Origin: Acidobacteriota bacterium
GTDB taxonomy: Bacteria; Acidobacteriota; UBA4820; DSQY01
Length of the DNA stretch: 64,000 nt
Assembly: GCA_049967655.1 (NCBI GenBank)
Contig: JBMFSH010000003.1
Location: forward strand, 78,937-142,936
Direction of reading: 5' to 3'
Every line of letters starts with the position of its first letter. Position 1 is the first letter of the stretch. The notes under the pieces are model-generated. The model worked only from the letters and a program-made list of their open reading frames with translations. It did no database searches and was not told the origin of the DNA. The translations under genes were made by a program, and so were the position numbers. This document shows, piece after piece, positions 39,620-50,876 of the stretch.

Positions 39620-40117
39620 TCACAGCTTCTGCTTGGCGAGGAAGAGGGCCTTGTCCACCTTGGAGAAGAAGTCCTGGTAGTAGGCGGCGTCCTCGACGCG
39701 CTTGACCTCCATGAGCTCGCCCTTGTTGTTGATGAGGCGCATCTGGAAGTTGGCCCTCACGCGCGCTGCGGAGCCGAAGTCGCTCACGTTGATGGAACAT
39801 TCGAAGACGGAGTTCTTTTTGTAGCGCGCCTGGGAGCCCGCGAAGAAGACGGCCCAGAAGGCCTCGCCGTGGCTCTCCACGTCCACCTGCTTCTCGGCGG
39901 AGAGGAGGCCGAGGTCGAGGGAGCCCTGCTTGATGATGAAGCCGTCGTCCTGGAGGACGTTCATCATGGCCTTCATGGCGAGCTTCATGTCGGTGTCCGG
40001 AAAGGTGCGGGTCTGGAATTCGCGGATTTGGAGCTGGCTCTGCACGGGCTTCTTGGCGGCGCAGGCGGCCAGGAGGATCAGGCCGCAGAGCAGGACGGCG
40101 ACGGGCGCTCTCTTCAT
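39620..40117 (-). CDS. Lipoprotein of unknown function
   Basis: MKRAPVAVLLCGLILLAAC lipobox; QIREFQTRTF...YQDFFSKVDKALFL. Confidence 0.8.
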   Translation of the reverse strand: MKRAPVAVLLCGLILLAACAAKKPVQSQLQIREFQTRTFPDTDMKLAMKAMMNVLQDDGFIIKQGSLDLGLLSAEKQVDVESHGEAFWAVFFAGSQARYKKNSVFECSINVSDFGSAARVRANFQMRLINNKGELMEVKRVEDAAYYQDFFSKVDKALFLAKQKL

Positions 40118-40128
40118 CTCTCCCTCCC

Positions 40129-40524
40129 TCAGAACTTGCTGGCGTGATAGGTGAACGACTCGACGCGCTGGTCCGCGCCGAACTTGATGAGGACGGTCAG
40201 GGTCCGCTGGGTGGTCTGGCTGGACGAGGTGCTGTGCGAGGCGGAGAGGATCAGGATGGACGCCCCTCCCCCCGAGGAGGCGTAGGTGGCCTCCGTGCCG
40301 ATCTTGTCGTAGATCCAGGTCTCCTTTCCGTCGCTGTCCCTCGTGACGATGTTGGGCGAGCCGAGGGCCTCGGCCACCTCCGCCTGGGACATGCCGGCCC
40401 GGATCTGCCTCTGCACTACGCCCACCGTGAGCTGCTGCTCCTTGGGCCCCTGCTGGACGGCGCAGGCCGCGAGAAGGAGCAGGAGCCCCGTCCCCGCCAG
40501 CGCGACGATACGAATCCTTCCCAT
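40129..40524 (-). CDS. SmpA/OmlA (BamE-like) lipoprotein
   Basis: LAAC lipobox; GMSQAEVAEALGSP...WIY. Confidence 0.8.
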   Translation of the reverse strand: MGRIRIVALAGTGLLLLLAACAVQQGPKEQQLTVGVVQRQIRAGMSQAEVAEALGSPNIVTRDSDGKETWIYDKIGTEATYASSGGGASILILSASHSTSSSQTTQRTLTVLIKFGADQRVESFTYHASKF

Positions 40525-40650
40525 GTGTCACCTCCACGGGGGAACCTTAGCGCCAGGAAGTGCATGGAATGTGCACTGGGAGGCAGGGAAGGTAGGCCCC
40601 GGAAGCGAGGGTACAGAGCCTCGCCCGCCCAGCGGGGAGAGGGGCTAACC

Positions 40651-41135
40651 CATGCCTGTCCAAAATGGATCCCCGTGACGGCTTCGAAGCACGGCTGGGT
40701 CTGGGCCGCGCCTTTGGCGCGGCGCTGGGGGCCTGGTCCGGGCGCGTCCACGCCAGCGTGGCCGCGCTCCGGCCGCAGGCCCTCCACCGCCCTTCGGGCG
40801 CCAGCCCCAGCCTTGATCGGTGATTGCCGTCCCCCCATCCTCCACGGGTGCGCCGGCGGCGACGGACCTCCTGCTGCGTCAAGCTTCGGCGTCCGCATCC
40901 TCAGCGTACATTCAGTACGCTTGCGGTGCGGCCGCCTCGCTTTCCTGGCATGAGGCCCATCGGCGCCGGGACGCCGCTTTTCGCTTGCAGCGAAAAGCGA
41001 AGAGAGGGCGCCGGTCAAAGGGGTGCGGGGAAACGGGGAGCGCCCCCGCGCGACGCGCCGGAATGCGCCTTCCTCCGCTCCGCTCCGGAAGGCAGACCGC
41101 ACCAGTGCGAGCTGAAATTATTTTGGACAGCCATG
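40651..41135. mobile_element. MITE family 1, copy 2 (485 bp)
   Basis: TIRs CATGCCTGTCCAAAAT / ATTTTGGACAGCCATG; colinear with 21351-21743 plus a ~92-bp extra segment. No TSD. Confidence 0.88.
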
Positions 41136-41243
41136 ATGATGGGTGATGGATGACGGGTGGCGACCCGGCGCTGGCTCAATGGCGGGGGCCGATAGCCAAT
41201 GATGAAGGCAGGGCGGCCGCGGGCGGCCACGCCGCCCGTGCGC

Positions 41244-42260
41244 TCAGATGCCGAGATAGCGGGCGTAGAGGGCTCGGGCGCGGGTCGGGTCGTCGGTCTT
41301 CTGGATGAGGGCCCGTCCGTCGGGATAGAGAGTGACCGGGTGCCCCTCCCACTCAGTCTGGATCAGGTAGGGGTTTTCGAAGATGGGTCCAGCCGCGGCG
41401 AGCCTGGCCTTTACGGCCGCCAAGTCCAGGCGGGTTCCCTTGGGAGCCAGGACGAGAATCCCGTCTCGGCCGCAGACCCGGTGGGTCCTGCTCACCCCCC
41501 GCTCCTCGAGGAAGTCGAATCGCCCTGCTCCGCAGCATGGGCAGGCGGGATCGCGCGGGACCTCGACCCGGCTGAAGGACCACGTCTGAAGGTCCACGGT
41601 CAGCAGACCTCCGACCACGAGGTCTTTACGCCCGGCGAGGAGCTTAAGGGCCTCGCCGGCCTGAAGGGAGCCCACGGCTCCCACGGCGGGTCCGATGACG
41701 CCCGCCGTATCGCAGGTGGGCGAGGAGCCGGCGGGGGGCGGCTCGGGAAAGCAGCACCGCAGACAGCCCCGCTTCCCCGGTTCCACTACCAGCACGGAGC
41801 CATAGCAGGAGACCGCCCCGCCGTAGATCCAAGGCTTCCCCGACTTCACGGCGGCGTCGTTCAGCAGATAGCGGGTCTCGAAGTTGTCCGTACCGTCCAC
41901 GACTAGATCGCACCGGGCGAAGAGGTCCGCGGCCAGCTCGGGGTCCAGGTCCGCGCTGTGGCCCTCCACCTGAAGGTCCCGCCGGGCTTCCAGGAGGTGG
42001 TTCCGGGCGGCCACGGCCTTGGGAAGGCGCCTCTCGCAGTCTTCCTCGGTGTACAGGAGCTGACGGGGCAGATTGGAGAGCTCCACGAAATCTCGGTCCA
42101 CCAACACCAGGGCACCGACGCCGGCCCTGGCCAGGAAGGCCGAAGAGACGCATCCGAGGGCGCCCAGTCCCACGATCCCCACGCGGGCTGAGGCGATGCG
42201 GGCTTGTCCCGCATCGCCAATCCACGGAAGGAGCCGCTGTCGGCTGAAGCGGTCGGTCAC
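41244..42260 (-). CDS. ThiF/MoeB family adenylyltransferase
   Basis: RFSRQ, GLGALG, DRDFVELSNLPRQ, DGTDNF, CLRC, TCDTAG, CPCC. Confidence 0.9.
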   Translation of the reverse strand: MTDRFSRQRLLPWIGDAGQARIASARVGIVGLGALGCVSSAFLARAGVGALVLVDRDFVELSNLPRQLLYTEEDCERRLPKAVAARNHLLEARRDLQVEGHSADLDPELAADLFARCDLVVDGTDNFETRYLLNDAAVKSGKPWIYGGAVSCYGSVLVVEPGKRGCLRCCFPEPPPAGSSPTCDTAGVIGPAVGAVGSLQAGEALKLLAGRKDLVVGGLLTVDLQTWSFSRVEVPRDPACPCCGAGRFDFLEERGVSRTHRVCGRDGILVLAPKGTRLDLAAVKARLAAAGPIFENPYLIQTEWEGHPVTLYPDGRALIQKTDDPTRARALYARYLGI

Positions 42261-43366
42261 TGGGCGTACCTTCTCGATCGGACGTTGGCCGCCAGTCCCA
42301 CGAAGAGGCTCATGCTGACCAGGAAGGAGCCGCCGTAGGAGAGGAATGGGAGAGGGATGCCCGTGGTGGGCACGAGGCCGATGACCATTCCGATGTTGAT
42401 CAACACGTGGTACAGGATGACGGCGAAGGCGCAGAGGACGATGAACCGCCCCTCGGAATCCCGGGCTGCCGAGGCGGTGTTCAGGAACCTCAGCAGGAGC
42501 GAGAGGTAGAGCCCGAGGAGGGCCAGGGAGCCTAGAAATCCGGTCTCTTCGGCCACCACGCCGAAGATGAAATCGGTATGGGGCGCCGGAAGAAAATTGA
42601 GCCGGTTCTGTGTGCCCGAGTAGAGGCCCTTTCCCATCAGTTCGCCCGAGCCCACGGCGATGCGGGCCTGGTTCACCTGGTAGCCGGCCCCCCTCGTGTT
42701 TGCCGTGGGGTGGATGAAGGTGATGATGCGGTCCTTCTGGTAGGGCTTGAGGAAGGTGAACCATCCCAGCGCCAACAGCAGCATGAGCGCCAGGATCCCG
42801 AGGGCGCACCATTTCACGATCTGGGTCAGGGGAAGGAAGCTGAGGTAGAGGGCTACCGCAACGAGGGGGATAAAGGTCGTGGCGGTCCCGAAGTCCGGCT
42901 GCAGGAGTGTCAGGAGCATGGGCAATCCGATGATCCCCGAGAGGATGCCGATCTCCCGCCATCCCATGGCCCTGCCCACGAGCTCCTTGATGAAGGCCGC
43001 TCCGGTGAGGGCCGCGGCGACCTTGGCGAACTCGGACGGCTCGAAACCGATGGGCCCGATGTAGAGCCAGGACTTGTGACCACCGACGTAATGTCCCAGC
43101 ATGGGCATCGAGAGGAGCACCACGACGCAAAGACCGTACAGCAGGTAACTGTACTCCACCCAGATGTCATAGGGGATCAAAAACGCCAGGGAAAACGCGC
43201 CGAAGGCGAGGCAGGCCCAGAACATCTGACGGTTGCCGAGATAGGCGAAGCGCGTTCCGAAGGTGGCCGAGCGCACCATCAGGGCTCCGAAGATGAGCAG
43301 GGCCAGGTAGAGCGCCGCGGTGACGAAGTCTCCGTAGAACAAGGCCTCCCGCAGCGTCTTCTTCAC
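42257..43366 (-). CDS. rodA: Rod shape-determining protein RodA
   Basis: EPSEFAK, QPDFGT, LPAPHTDFIF, GIPLPFLSYGGS. Confidence 0.95.
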   Translation of the reverse strand: MKKTLREALFYGDFVTAALYLALLIFGALMVRSATFGTRFAYLGNRQMFWACLAFGAFSLAFLIPYDIWVEYSYLLYGLCVVVLLSMPMLGHYVGGHKSWLYIGPIGFEPSEFAKVAAALTGAAFIKELVGRAMGWREIGILSGIIGLPMLLTLLQPDFGTATTFIPLVAVALYLSFLPLTQIVKWCALGILALMLLLALGWFTFLKPYQKDRIITFIHPTANTRGAGYQVNQARIAVGSGELMGKGLYSGTQNRLNFLPAPHTDFIFGVVAEETGFLGSLALLGLYLSLLLRFLNTASAARDSEGRFIVLCAFAVILYHVLINIGMVIGLVPTTGIPLPFLSYGGSFLVSMSLFVGLAANVRSRRYAQ

Positions 43367-45315
43367 GGCTGGCCTCCGGGGTTCTCGCTCCCTTTATACA
43401 GGGCGGTGGTGAGCCGCGGCGGCTCCTTCGGGTTCAGGCGCGCCTTGAGGGGGGCATCGGGATTGGGTTGCCTCTGCTGGTTTGGCGCCCGGCCCTCTGG
43501 CGCCGCCGTGGTGCCCTCATCGGGCTGGGCGGGCTTCTTGCCCAGCAGGAGGTACTCCAGCCCGGCCTTGGCGATCTTGGCCGCCAGGTCGCCCCCGTGG
43601 CCGCCGTGTTCCACCATGACCACGAAGGCCACGGTGGGATTGCCGGCCGGAGCGAATCCCGCGAACCAGGCGTGGTCGCGCTCGTCCTTCGGGAGCGACA
43701 TGGAGTTGCGGCCGGCGCTGGCCGCCACCACCTGGGCCGTGCCCGTCTTCGCGCAGACCGCCACGCCGGGAATGCGGCAGGCCGTGCCGGTACCGCTCTC
43801 CACCACCAGCTCCAACGCCTGCTTGAGGACGGCCTCGGTCTGGGGCGATACGGCGACCGAGCTCTCGAGCTTGGGCGGCCCCTCCAGGAGTTTGGGCTGG
43901 AAGCGCTCTCCGCCCGTGGCGAGGGTTGCGTAGATGGATAGGAGCTGAAGGGGCGTGACGGTCAAATAGCCTTGCCCGATGGCCACGGGCAGGTTGTCGC
44001 CCGGGTACCAGGGGCCCAAATGCCGCTTGGCTTTCCAGGCCGGCGACGGGAAAATGCCGCTGATCTCCGAGGGCAAATCGACGCCGGTCTTGGTACCGAG
44101 GCCGAAGAATTTCGCCCATTTGTCCAGGCGCTGGATGCCGATCCGGTCTCCGGCGTGATAGAAGTAGACGTCGCAGGAGTCCTGGATGCCCTTCAGGAGG
44201 TTGACGGTGCCGTGGCCGCCCTTGGCCCAGCAGTGAAACATGCGTCCGCCGAAATCCCAGTACCCGGGGCAGTAGAAGGTGGTATCAGGGGTCAGAACGC
44301 CGTCCTCGAGGCCGACCAGGGCCACAAAGGGCTTGAAGGTGGAGCCCGGAGGATAGACCCCCTGGATGGGACGGTCGAGAAGCGGGTGGCTCGGATCTTC
44401 GGAGAGCTCCCGCCACTTGGAGGCGGGCACGGCGCCCGAGAAGAGATTGGGGTCGAAGTTGGGCAGGCTGACCCAGGCCAGGATGTCTCCGGTGTAGGGG
44501 TTCATGAAGACCGCCGATCCGTGCTCGTCCCCGAAGGCCTGTTCCAGGATGTTCTGGAGCTGGATGTCCAGGGTCAGGTGGACCGTCTGCCCCGGAATGG
44601 GCTCTCGCCGGATGCCCACGCCCGGTAGCTTCAGGGTCGGATCCTCCACCTCCCGTCCCATGCTGTTGACCTGGGCCATGCGCAGGCCGTTCTTGCCCAT
44701 GAGGAGAGCGTTGGCGGTGCGCTCCACTCCCGACTTGCCCACCTCGATGAAGGGGTCGTTGTCCGACACGTGCAGCTTCTGGGCCTCCTCGGGCGAGAGG
44801 AGCCCCACATAGCCCAGCGCGTGGCTGGCAACCGGCCCGAAGGGGTACTCCCGCCGGAGCTCCATCTCGATTCTCAGCATCTTGAGCTCGTCCTGATTGG
44901 CTTCCACCTTCTGCATCCAGGCGGTCGGTATGTCCCGTGCCAGGACGGCCAGGCTTGGCACGGGACTGCGGCGCAGGGCGGCCTGTACCTCCTCCTTGGT
45001 CATGACCAAGCCCAGGATTCGCTGCATGTTGAGAAGGGTCTGGTCGAGAGAGCCTCCCTTCGCTGTGTCCAGCACCAGGGAGAAGGAGACTTGGTTCCTG
45101 CAGAGAACCGCTCCGTTCCGGTCCAGGAGCATGCCTCGGGGCGCCCGCAGCACCGTGGGGCGGGTGTAGTTGTTTTCCGAGAGCAGCCGGTAGTATGGCC
45201 CTTGAATGACCTGGAGGTAGAAAAGCCTGAGGGCGAAAACCACGAACAGGATCCAGAGGATGGCCTGGAGGAACTGGATCTTGTTCTGCAGGGAGGGTTC
45301 CTGCGCGCCGTTCAT
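43363..45315 (-). CDS. mrdA: Penicillin-binding protein 2
   Basis: APRG, YPPGSTFK (SxxK), SCD, KTGTAQ; operon position. Confidence 0.95.
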   Translation of the reverse strand: MNGAQEPSLQNKIQFLQAILWILFVVFALRLFYLQVIQGPYYRLLSENNYTRPTVLRAPRGMLLDRNGAVLCRNQVSFSLVLDTAKGGSLDQTLLNMQRILGLVMTKEEVQAALRRSPVPSLAVLARDIPTAWMQKVEANQDELKMLRIEMELRREYPFGPVASHALGYVGLLSPEEAQKLHVSDNDPFIEVGKSGVERTANALLMGKNGLRMAQVNSMGREVEDPTLKLPGVGIRREPIPGQTVHLTLDIQLQNILEQAFGDEHGSAVFMNPYTGDILAWVSLPNFDPNLFSGAVPASKWRELSEDPSHPLLDRPIQGVYPPGSTFKPFVALVGLEDGVLTPDTTFYCPGYWDFGGRMFHCWAKGGHGTVNLLKGIQDSCDVYFYHAGDRIGIQRLDKWAKFFGLGTKTGVDLPSEISGIFPSPAWKAKRHLGPWYPGDNLPVAIGQGYLTVTPLQLLSIYATLATGGERFQPKLLEGPPKLESSVAVSPQTEAVLKQALELVVESGTGTACRIPGVAVCAKTGTAQVVAASAGRNSMSLPKDERDHAWFAGFAPAGNPTVAFVVMVEHGGHGGDLAAKIAKAGLEYLLLGKKPAQPDEGTTAAPEGRAPNQQRQPNPDAPLKARLNPKEPPRLTTALYKGSENPGGQP

Positions 45316-45794
45316 GGCCTTTCCTCCGGAAAGAGCTTGCGAGCGGCCAATTCGAACCCCGCCGCCATCAGCCCCGTCACCAGACTGCCCAGGAGAACGG
45401 GGACGAGGAACGGGGTGGCTAGGGGAAGGCCGAGCAGGAGGTAGAGTAGCGCCACCAAACCCGAGTCCACAATGTAGCTGGCCCAGCCGAAGAAGGCCAA
45501 GGGAACTACCCCTTGCAGCATGACCTTGGAGCCGATCCACCCCAGCAGATAGCCCAGCAAGGTGAAGGCGGCGCCGTGGAACCCCACGTACGGGAGAAAA
45601 TAGGCGTCGCAGAGGGCCCCGAGAAAGGCGCCCCAGAGCAGGCCGGAGAGCTTGCCGCCCCTGAGCGCTAGGACCGTGAGCAGGGCGAGGAAGGGGTTGG
45701 CTATGGTGAGCTTGCCCGAAACGAGCGGCAGAAGCGTCTGCACCGCGACGGCCATGAGGAGCAGGAGGAGGGAGGCGATGAGCCGCTTACGCAT
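45312..45794 (-). CDS. mreD: Rod shape-determining protein MreD
   Basis: Small polytopic membrane protein with GALCD, between mreC and mrdA. Confidence 0.85.
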   Translation of the reverse strand: MRKRLIASLLLLLMAVAVQTLLPLVSGKLTIANPFLALLTVLALRGGKLSGLLWGAFLGALCDAYFLPYVGFHGAAFTLLGYLLGWIGSKVMLQGVVPLAFFGWASYIVDSGLVALLYLLLGLPLATPFLVPVLLGSLVTGLMAAGFELAARKLFPEERP

Positions 45795-46598
45795 TGGACT
45801 TTCTCAGGAGCAGGACCCACATGAGGTCGCCGAGGCGGGACGCAGGGCTGAGGGTGATCCGCTTGAGGTAGTCCGGACCGTCGGACACCTCGGTGACGGT
45901 GCCCATCCGGATCCCCGGAGGGAAGATCCCGTCCTCGCCCGAGGTCACGAAGAGGTCGCCCGCCTTCACGTCGGCCTCGTTAGATACCCAGCGGACCGAG
46001 AGGGAGCGGCCCTCTCCTACGGCCACGCCGTGGACGCCCGAACGGTCCGACATGACCCCCACCGCCGAGCTGGGGTCCGTCACCAGCAGGATCCGGTACA
46101 GGGGGCCGATACGCGTCTGAACCCTTCCCACGGCGCCCTGCGGCCCGATCACCGGCGTCCGGTCCGGAAAGGATAGATCGCTTCGGCACGACACGAGCAG
46201 GTAGCGGCCGAAGGGCACCCCGAATTCCGTGAGCGCCCTGGCGCCGAACACCTGGTAGCCGGTGGGTTTCGGGGCATTGATGAGTTCGCGGAGCTGGAGC
46301 ACCTCCTTTTCGAGGGCCTGGCTGATTTCCAGCCTGCCCTGGAGCTCCCGGTTGTCCTCCTCCAACCTCTCGGCCTTGACGGCGGCGTCCCTCTGCCAGA
46401 AATAGGCCTGGAGCCCCTCCCTGGTGAGCCGGTTGGCCGAGTCGTAGATGGACAGGAAAGGGCCGAACGCGCCGAGGGCGAGGCTGCTGAGGGCAGATTG
46501 CGTCCCGCGCCTAACTTGCCAGCCCAGGAGGACGAGGTAGCCGGCCATCAAGAGGACGAGCAAGACTTCGGGCCGGCGGATGGGCGACCTGCGGGACA

Positions 46599-46599
<1 letters not shown>
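45787..46599 (-). CDS. mreC: Rod shape-determining protein MreC
   Basis: TM, coiled coil, GAVGRV, GDLFVTSGEDGIFPPG. Confidence 0.92.
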
Positions 46600-48706
<2,107 letters not shown>

Positions 48707-48727
48707 GGCCGGCCCATCAGAAGGGTG

Positions 48728-50155
48728 TCAGTACGAAGAGACCGACTGGAACTGCTTCCGCCAGATCGTCTCGTTGCCTTCGTCGTCGAAGGCGCGCACC
48801 TGAACGGTTTGGGTCCCGTAGTCGGAAAAGATCACGATTTTGCTGAAAGTGCCGTCGGCGTTGACGGGCACCTCGATGTCGTTCACCGAAATGGAGACGC
48901 CCGGGTCGGTCGTGCCCTGAAGGATGACCCCGTCACCGATGGGTGTGGCGTCCACGGTCAACTTGAGATTACGCTTGATCTTAGGGCGCTGGTAGATCTG
49001 CAGGATCCGGAACCGGTAGATGGGCGACCAGAAGGTCCTCTTGTCGTCCCCCTCGGTGCGCAGCCGCCAGTAGTAGGTTCCGGCCGGCATGCCCTCCACC
49101 CTCACGTTGTCGTCCCCGCGCACGGTCTGGTCCGTGATCAGGGTCGAGAAGAGCGGCTTGGCCGAGAGTTCGAACCTCGTCGCCGCGCCGCCGCCCTTCC
49201 ACTTGAACACCATCGGCTGGTGGACCGGGTCCTCCAGCCGGAAGATCTGTTGGTCTTTGGGGGTTTCCGCCGCAGGGGGGGGGACGAGGGCCTGCGTCTG
49301 CCCGAGGCCCGTGGAGGTCGTCACCACAGATACCCCAGTGGCGCCCGCCTGAAGGGTCTCTCTCTGCCCGGCGGCCTCGATCTCGCCGGCGCCCGTGAAG
49401 ATGGAGGTGGTCACGTCCCCGTTGGCGGCCTGGCCCACGCCGACGCGCGAAGCCGCCGCTGGCCGGACCTTGGTGGTGTCCGTCGCGATGATGGACTCAT
49501 CCTTCGCGGTCATGGTCTCCGGCGTTTGGGTCTCCACGAAGCCCTGCTTCAGCGCCACCTCGATACGGCTTCCGCCCGCTGGGCTGGTGCTCAGGGCCTG
49601 GATGACGACCAGGGAGTCGGAGGAGATGATCTGGATCTGGCCGTTGTGGTACTTGATCTGGGCCGAGCTGTTCTTGCCGGTGCGCACGATATCCCCATCC
49701 TCCAGAATCATCTGTTCGGAGGCGTTCGTGAATAGGTGTTGGCCCGTCCGCTTGACTTCCACCTGGCCCTCCGTCGTGACCAGGGTGGCGTACTTCTGCG
49801 ACGTGCTCGAACTCGCCTGGGCGTTCTTCAGGGTTTCCAATACGTCGTTGGCCATGGAGAGGGCCTTCGGGAAGTGACCGGCCGCGAACTCGTTGCGGGC
49901 CTGCTGGAGCATGGTGAGGGTCTGTGTGAGGGTGGCCTTCATCTCGTCCGAGACGTCGGGCGTGTCCAGCGTCTCCTGGAGCCGCTGGGCTTTCGTGAGG
50001 GCCCGTTCGGCCTGGATCTTGGGGTTGCCGTGCCAGCGCCAGTAGAAGAAGACCCCGCCGCCGATCAGTCCGAGTGCGGCCAGCACAAGGATGATGCTGT
50101 AAATGTCCTTGTACTTGATCGTGATCCAATCGAGCTCGCGGCCCCTCTTTGCCAT
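48728..50155 (-). CDS. Single-pass membrane protein with FecR-like and Ig/FN3-like domains
   Basis: N-terminal TM, GQVEVKR...GDIVRTGKNSSAQI (FecR-like), GTYYWR, C-terminal GTTDPG..VNADGTF. Confidence 0.75.
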   Translation of the reverse strand: MAKRGRELDWITIKYKDIYSIILVLAALGLIGGGVFFYWRWHGNPKIQAERALTKAQRLQETLDTPDVSDEMKATLTQTLTMLQQARNEFAAGHFPKALSMANDVLETLKNAQASSSTSQKYATLVTTEGQVEVKRTGQHLFTNASEQMILEDGDIVRTGKNSSAQIKYHNGQIQIISSDSLVVIQALSTSPAGGSRIEVALKQGFVETQTPETMTAKDESIIATDTTKVRPAAASRVGVGQAANGDVTTSIFTGAGEIEAAGQRETLQAGATGVSVVTTSTGLGQTQALVPPPAAETPKDQQIFRLEDPVHQPMVFKWKGGGAATRFELSAKPLFSTLITDQTVRGDDNVRVEGMPAGTYYWRLRTEGDDKRTFWSPIYRFRILQIYQRPKIKRNLKLTVDATPIGDGVILQGTTDPGVSISVNDIEVPVNADGTFSKIVIFSDYGTQTVQVRAFDDEGNETIWRKQFQSVSSY

Positions 50156-50339
50156 GGGAAACCCCTTTCCAGCCAATCGAATGATACCCCATAGCCGTCA
50201 AGCGCTCAAGCCCGATCAGGCCTTCGCCGGGTTGGCGCGAGGCCCACTTGCCGGGGGGCTCCCCAGGCCCCATAATACGGCTCCAGGAGGTCCGCCCATG
50301 AAGGGTCAGAATGCTTCTCCGACCGGTTCGGGAGGCTCC

Positions 50340-50876
50340 ATGCGGAGCTTTTGGATCGTCATCGCGTTGGCCGCGGTGATCCTCGGCGTCTACCTGCTCC
50401 GGACGGGCCTTCGCGGCGGTGCGCTCGCTGGACTGGTACCTTCAGGCCATCGCTCTGCCGCCGGTACGGCGGCCATCGAACCCGTGACGCCCGGTGCCAG
50501 CGCGGTGGACCTGGCTTCCTTGAAGGGAAAGGTGGTCGTGCTCCACTTCTGGGCCACCTGGTGCCCGCCCTGCAGGGCCGAGTTCCCGGAGTTCGCGCGC
50601 TACGCCGAGGCTCATCAGGAGGATCCGGGGATCGCCATCCTTCCGGTCTCGGTGGACAACGACAAGGCCTCGGTTCTGACCTTCCTGCAGGCCATTCCTC
50701 AGCACTTCCCCGTCTACATCGACCAGAGCGGACTGGCGGACCAGATGGGGGTGACCGCCATCCCCACGACCGTCGTCCTGGACAGGGAGGGCAAGGTGGC
50801 CTGGACGGCGCAGGGAGCTACGGACTGGTCGTCCAAAGGCGTCCCGGCGGTGGTCCGGAAGCTGGATCATGAGTGA
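50340..50876 (+). CDS. TlpA/ResA-like thiol-disulfide oxidoreductase
   Basis: FWATWCPPC, IPTT; N-terminal TM. Alternative start at 50298. Confidence 0.9.
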   Translation: MRSFWIVIALAAVILGVYLLRTGLRGGALAGLVPSGHRSAAGTAAIEPVTPGASAVDLASLKGKVVVLHFWATWCPPCRAEFPEFARYAEAHQEDPGIAILPVSVDNDKASVLTFLQAIPQHFPVYIDQSGLADQMGVTAIPTTVVLDREGKVAWTAQGATDWSSKGVPAVVRKLDHE

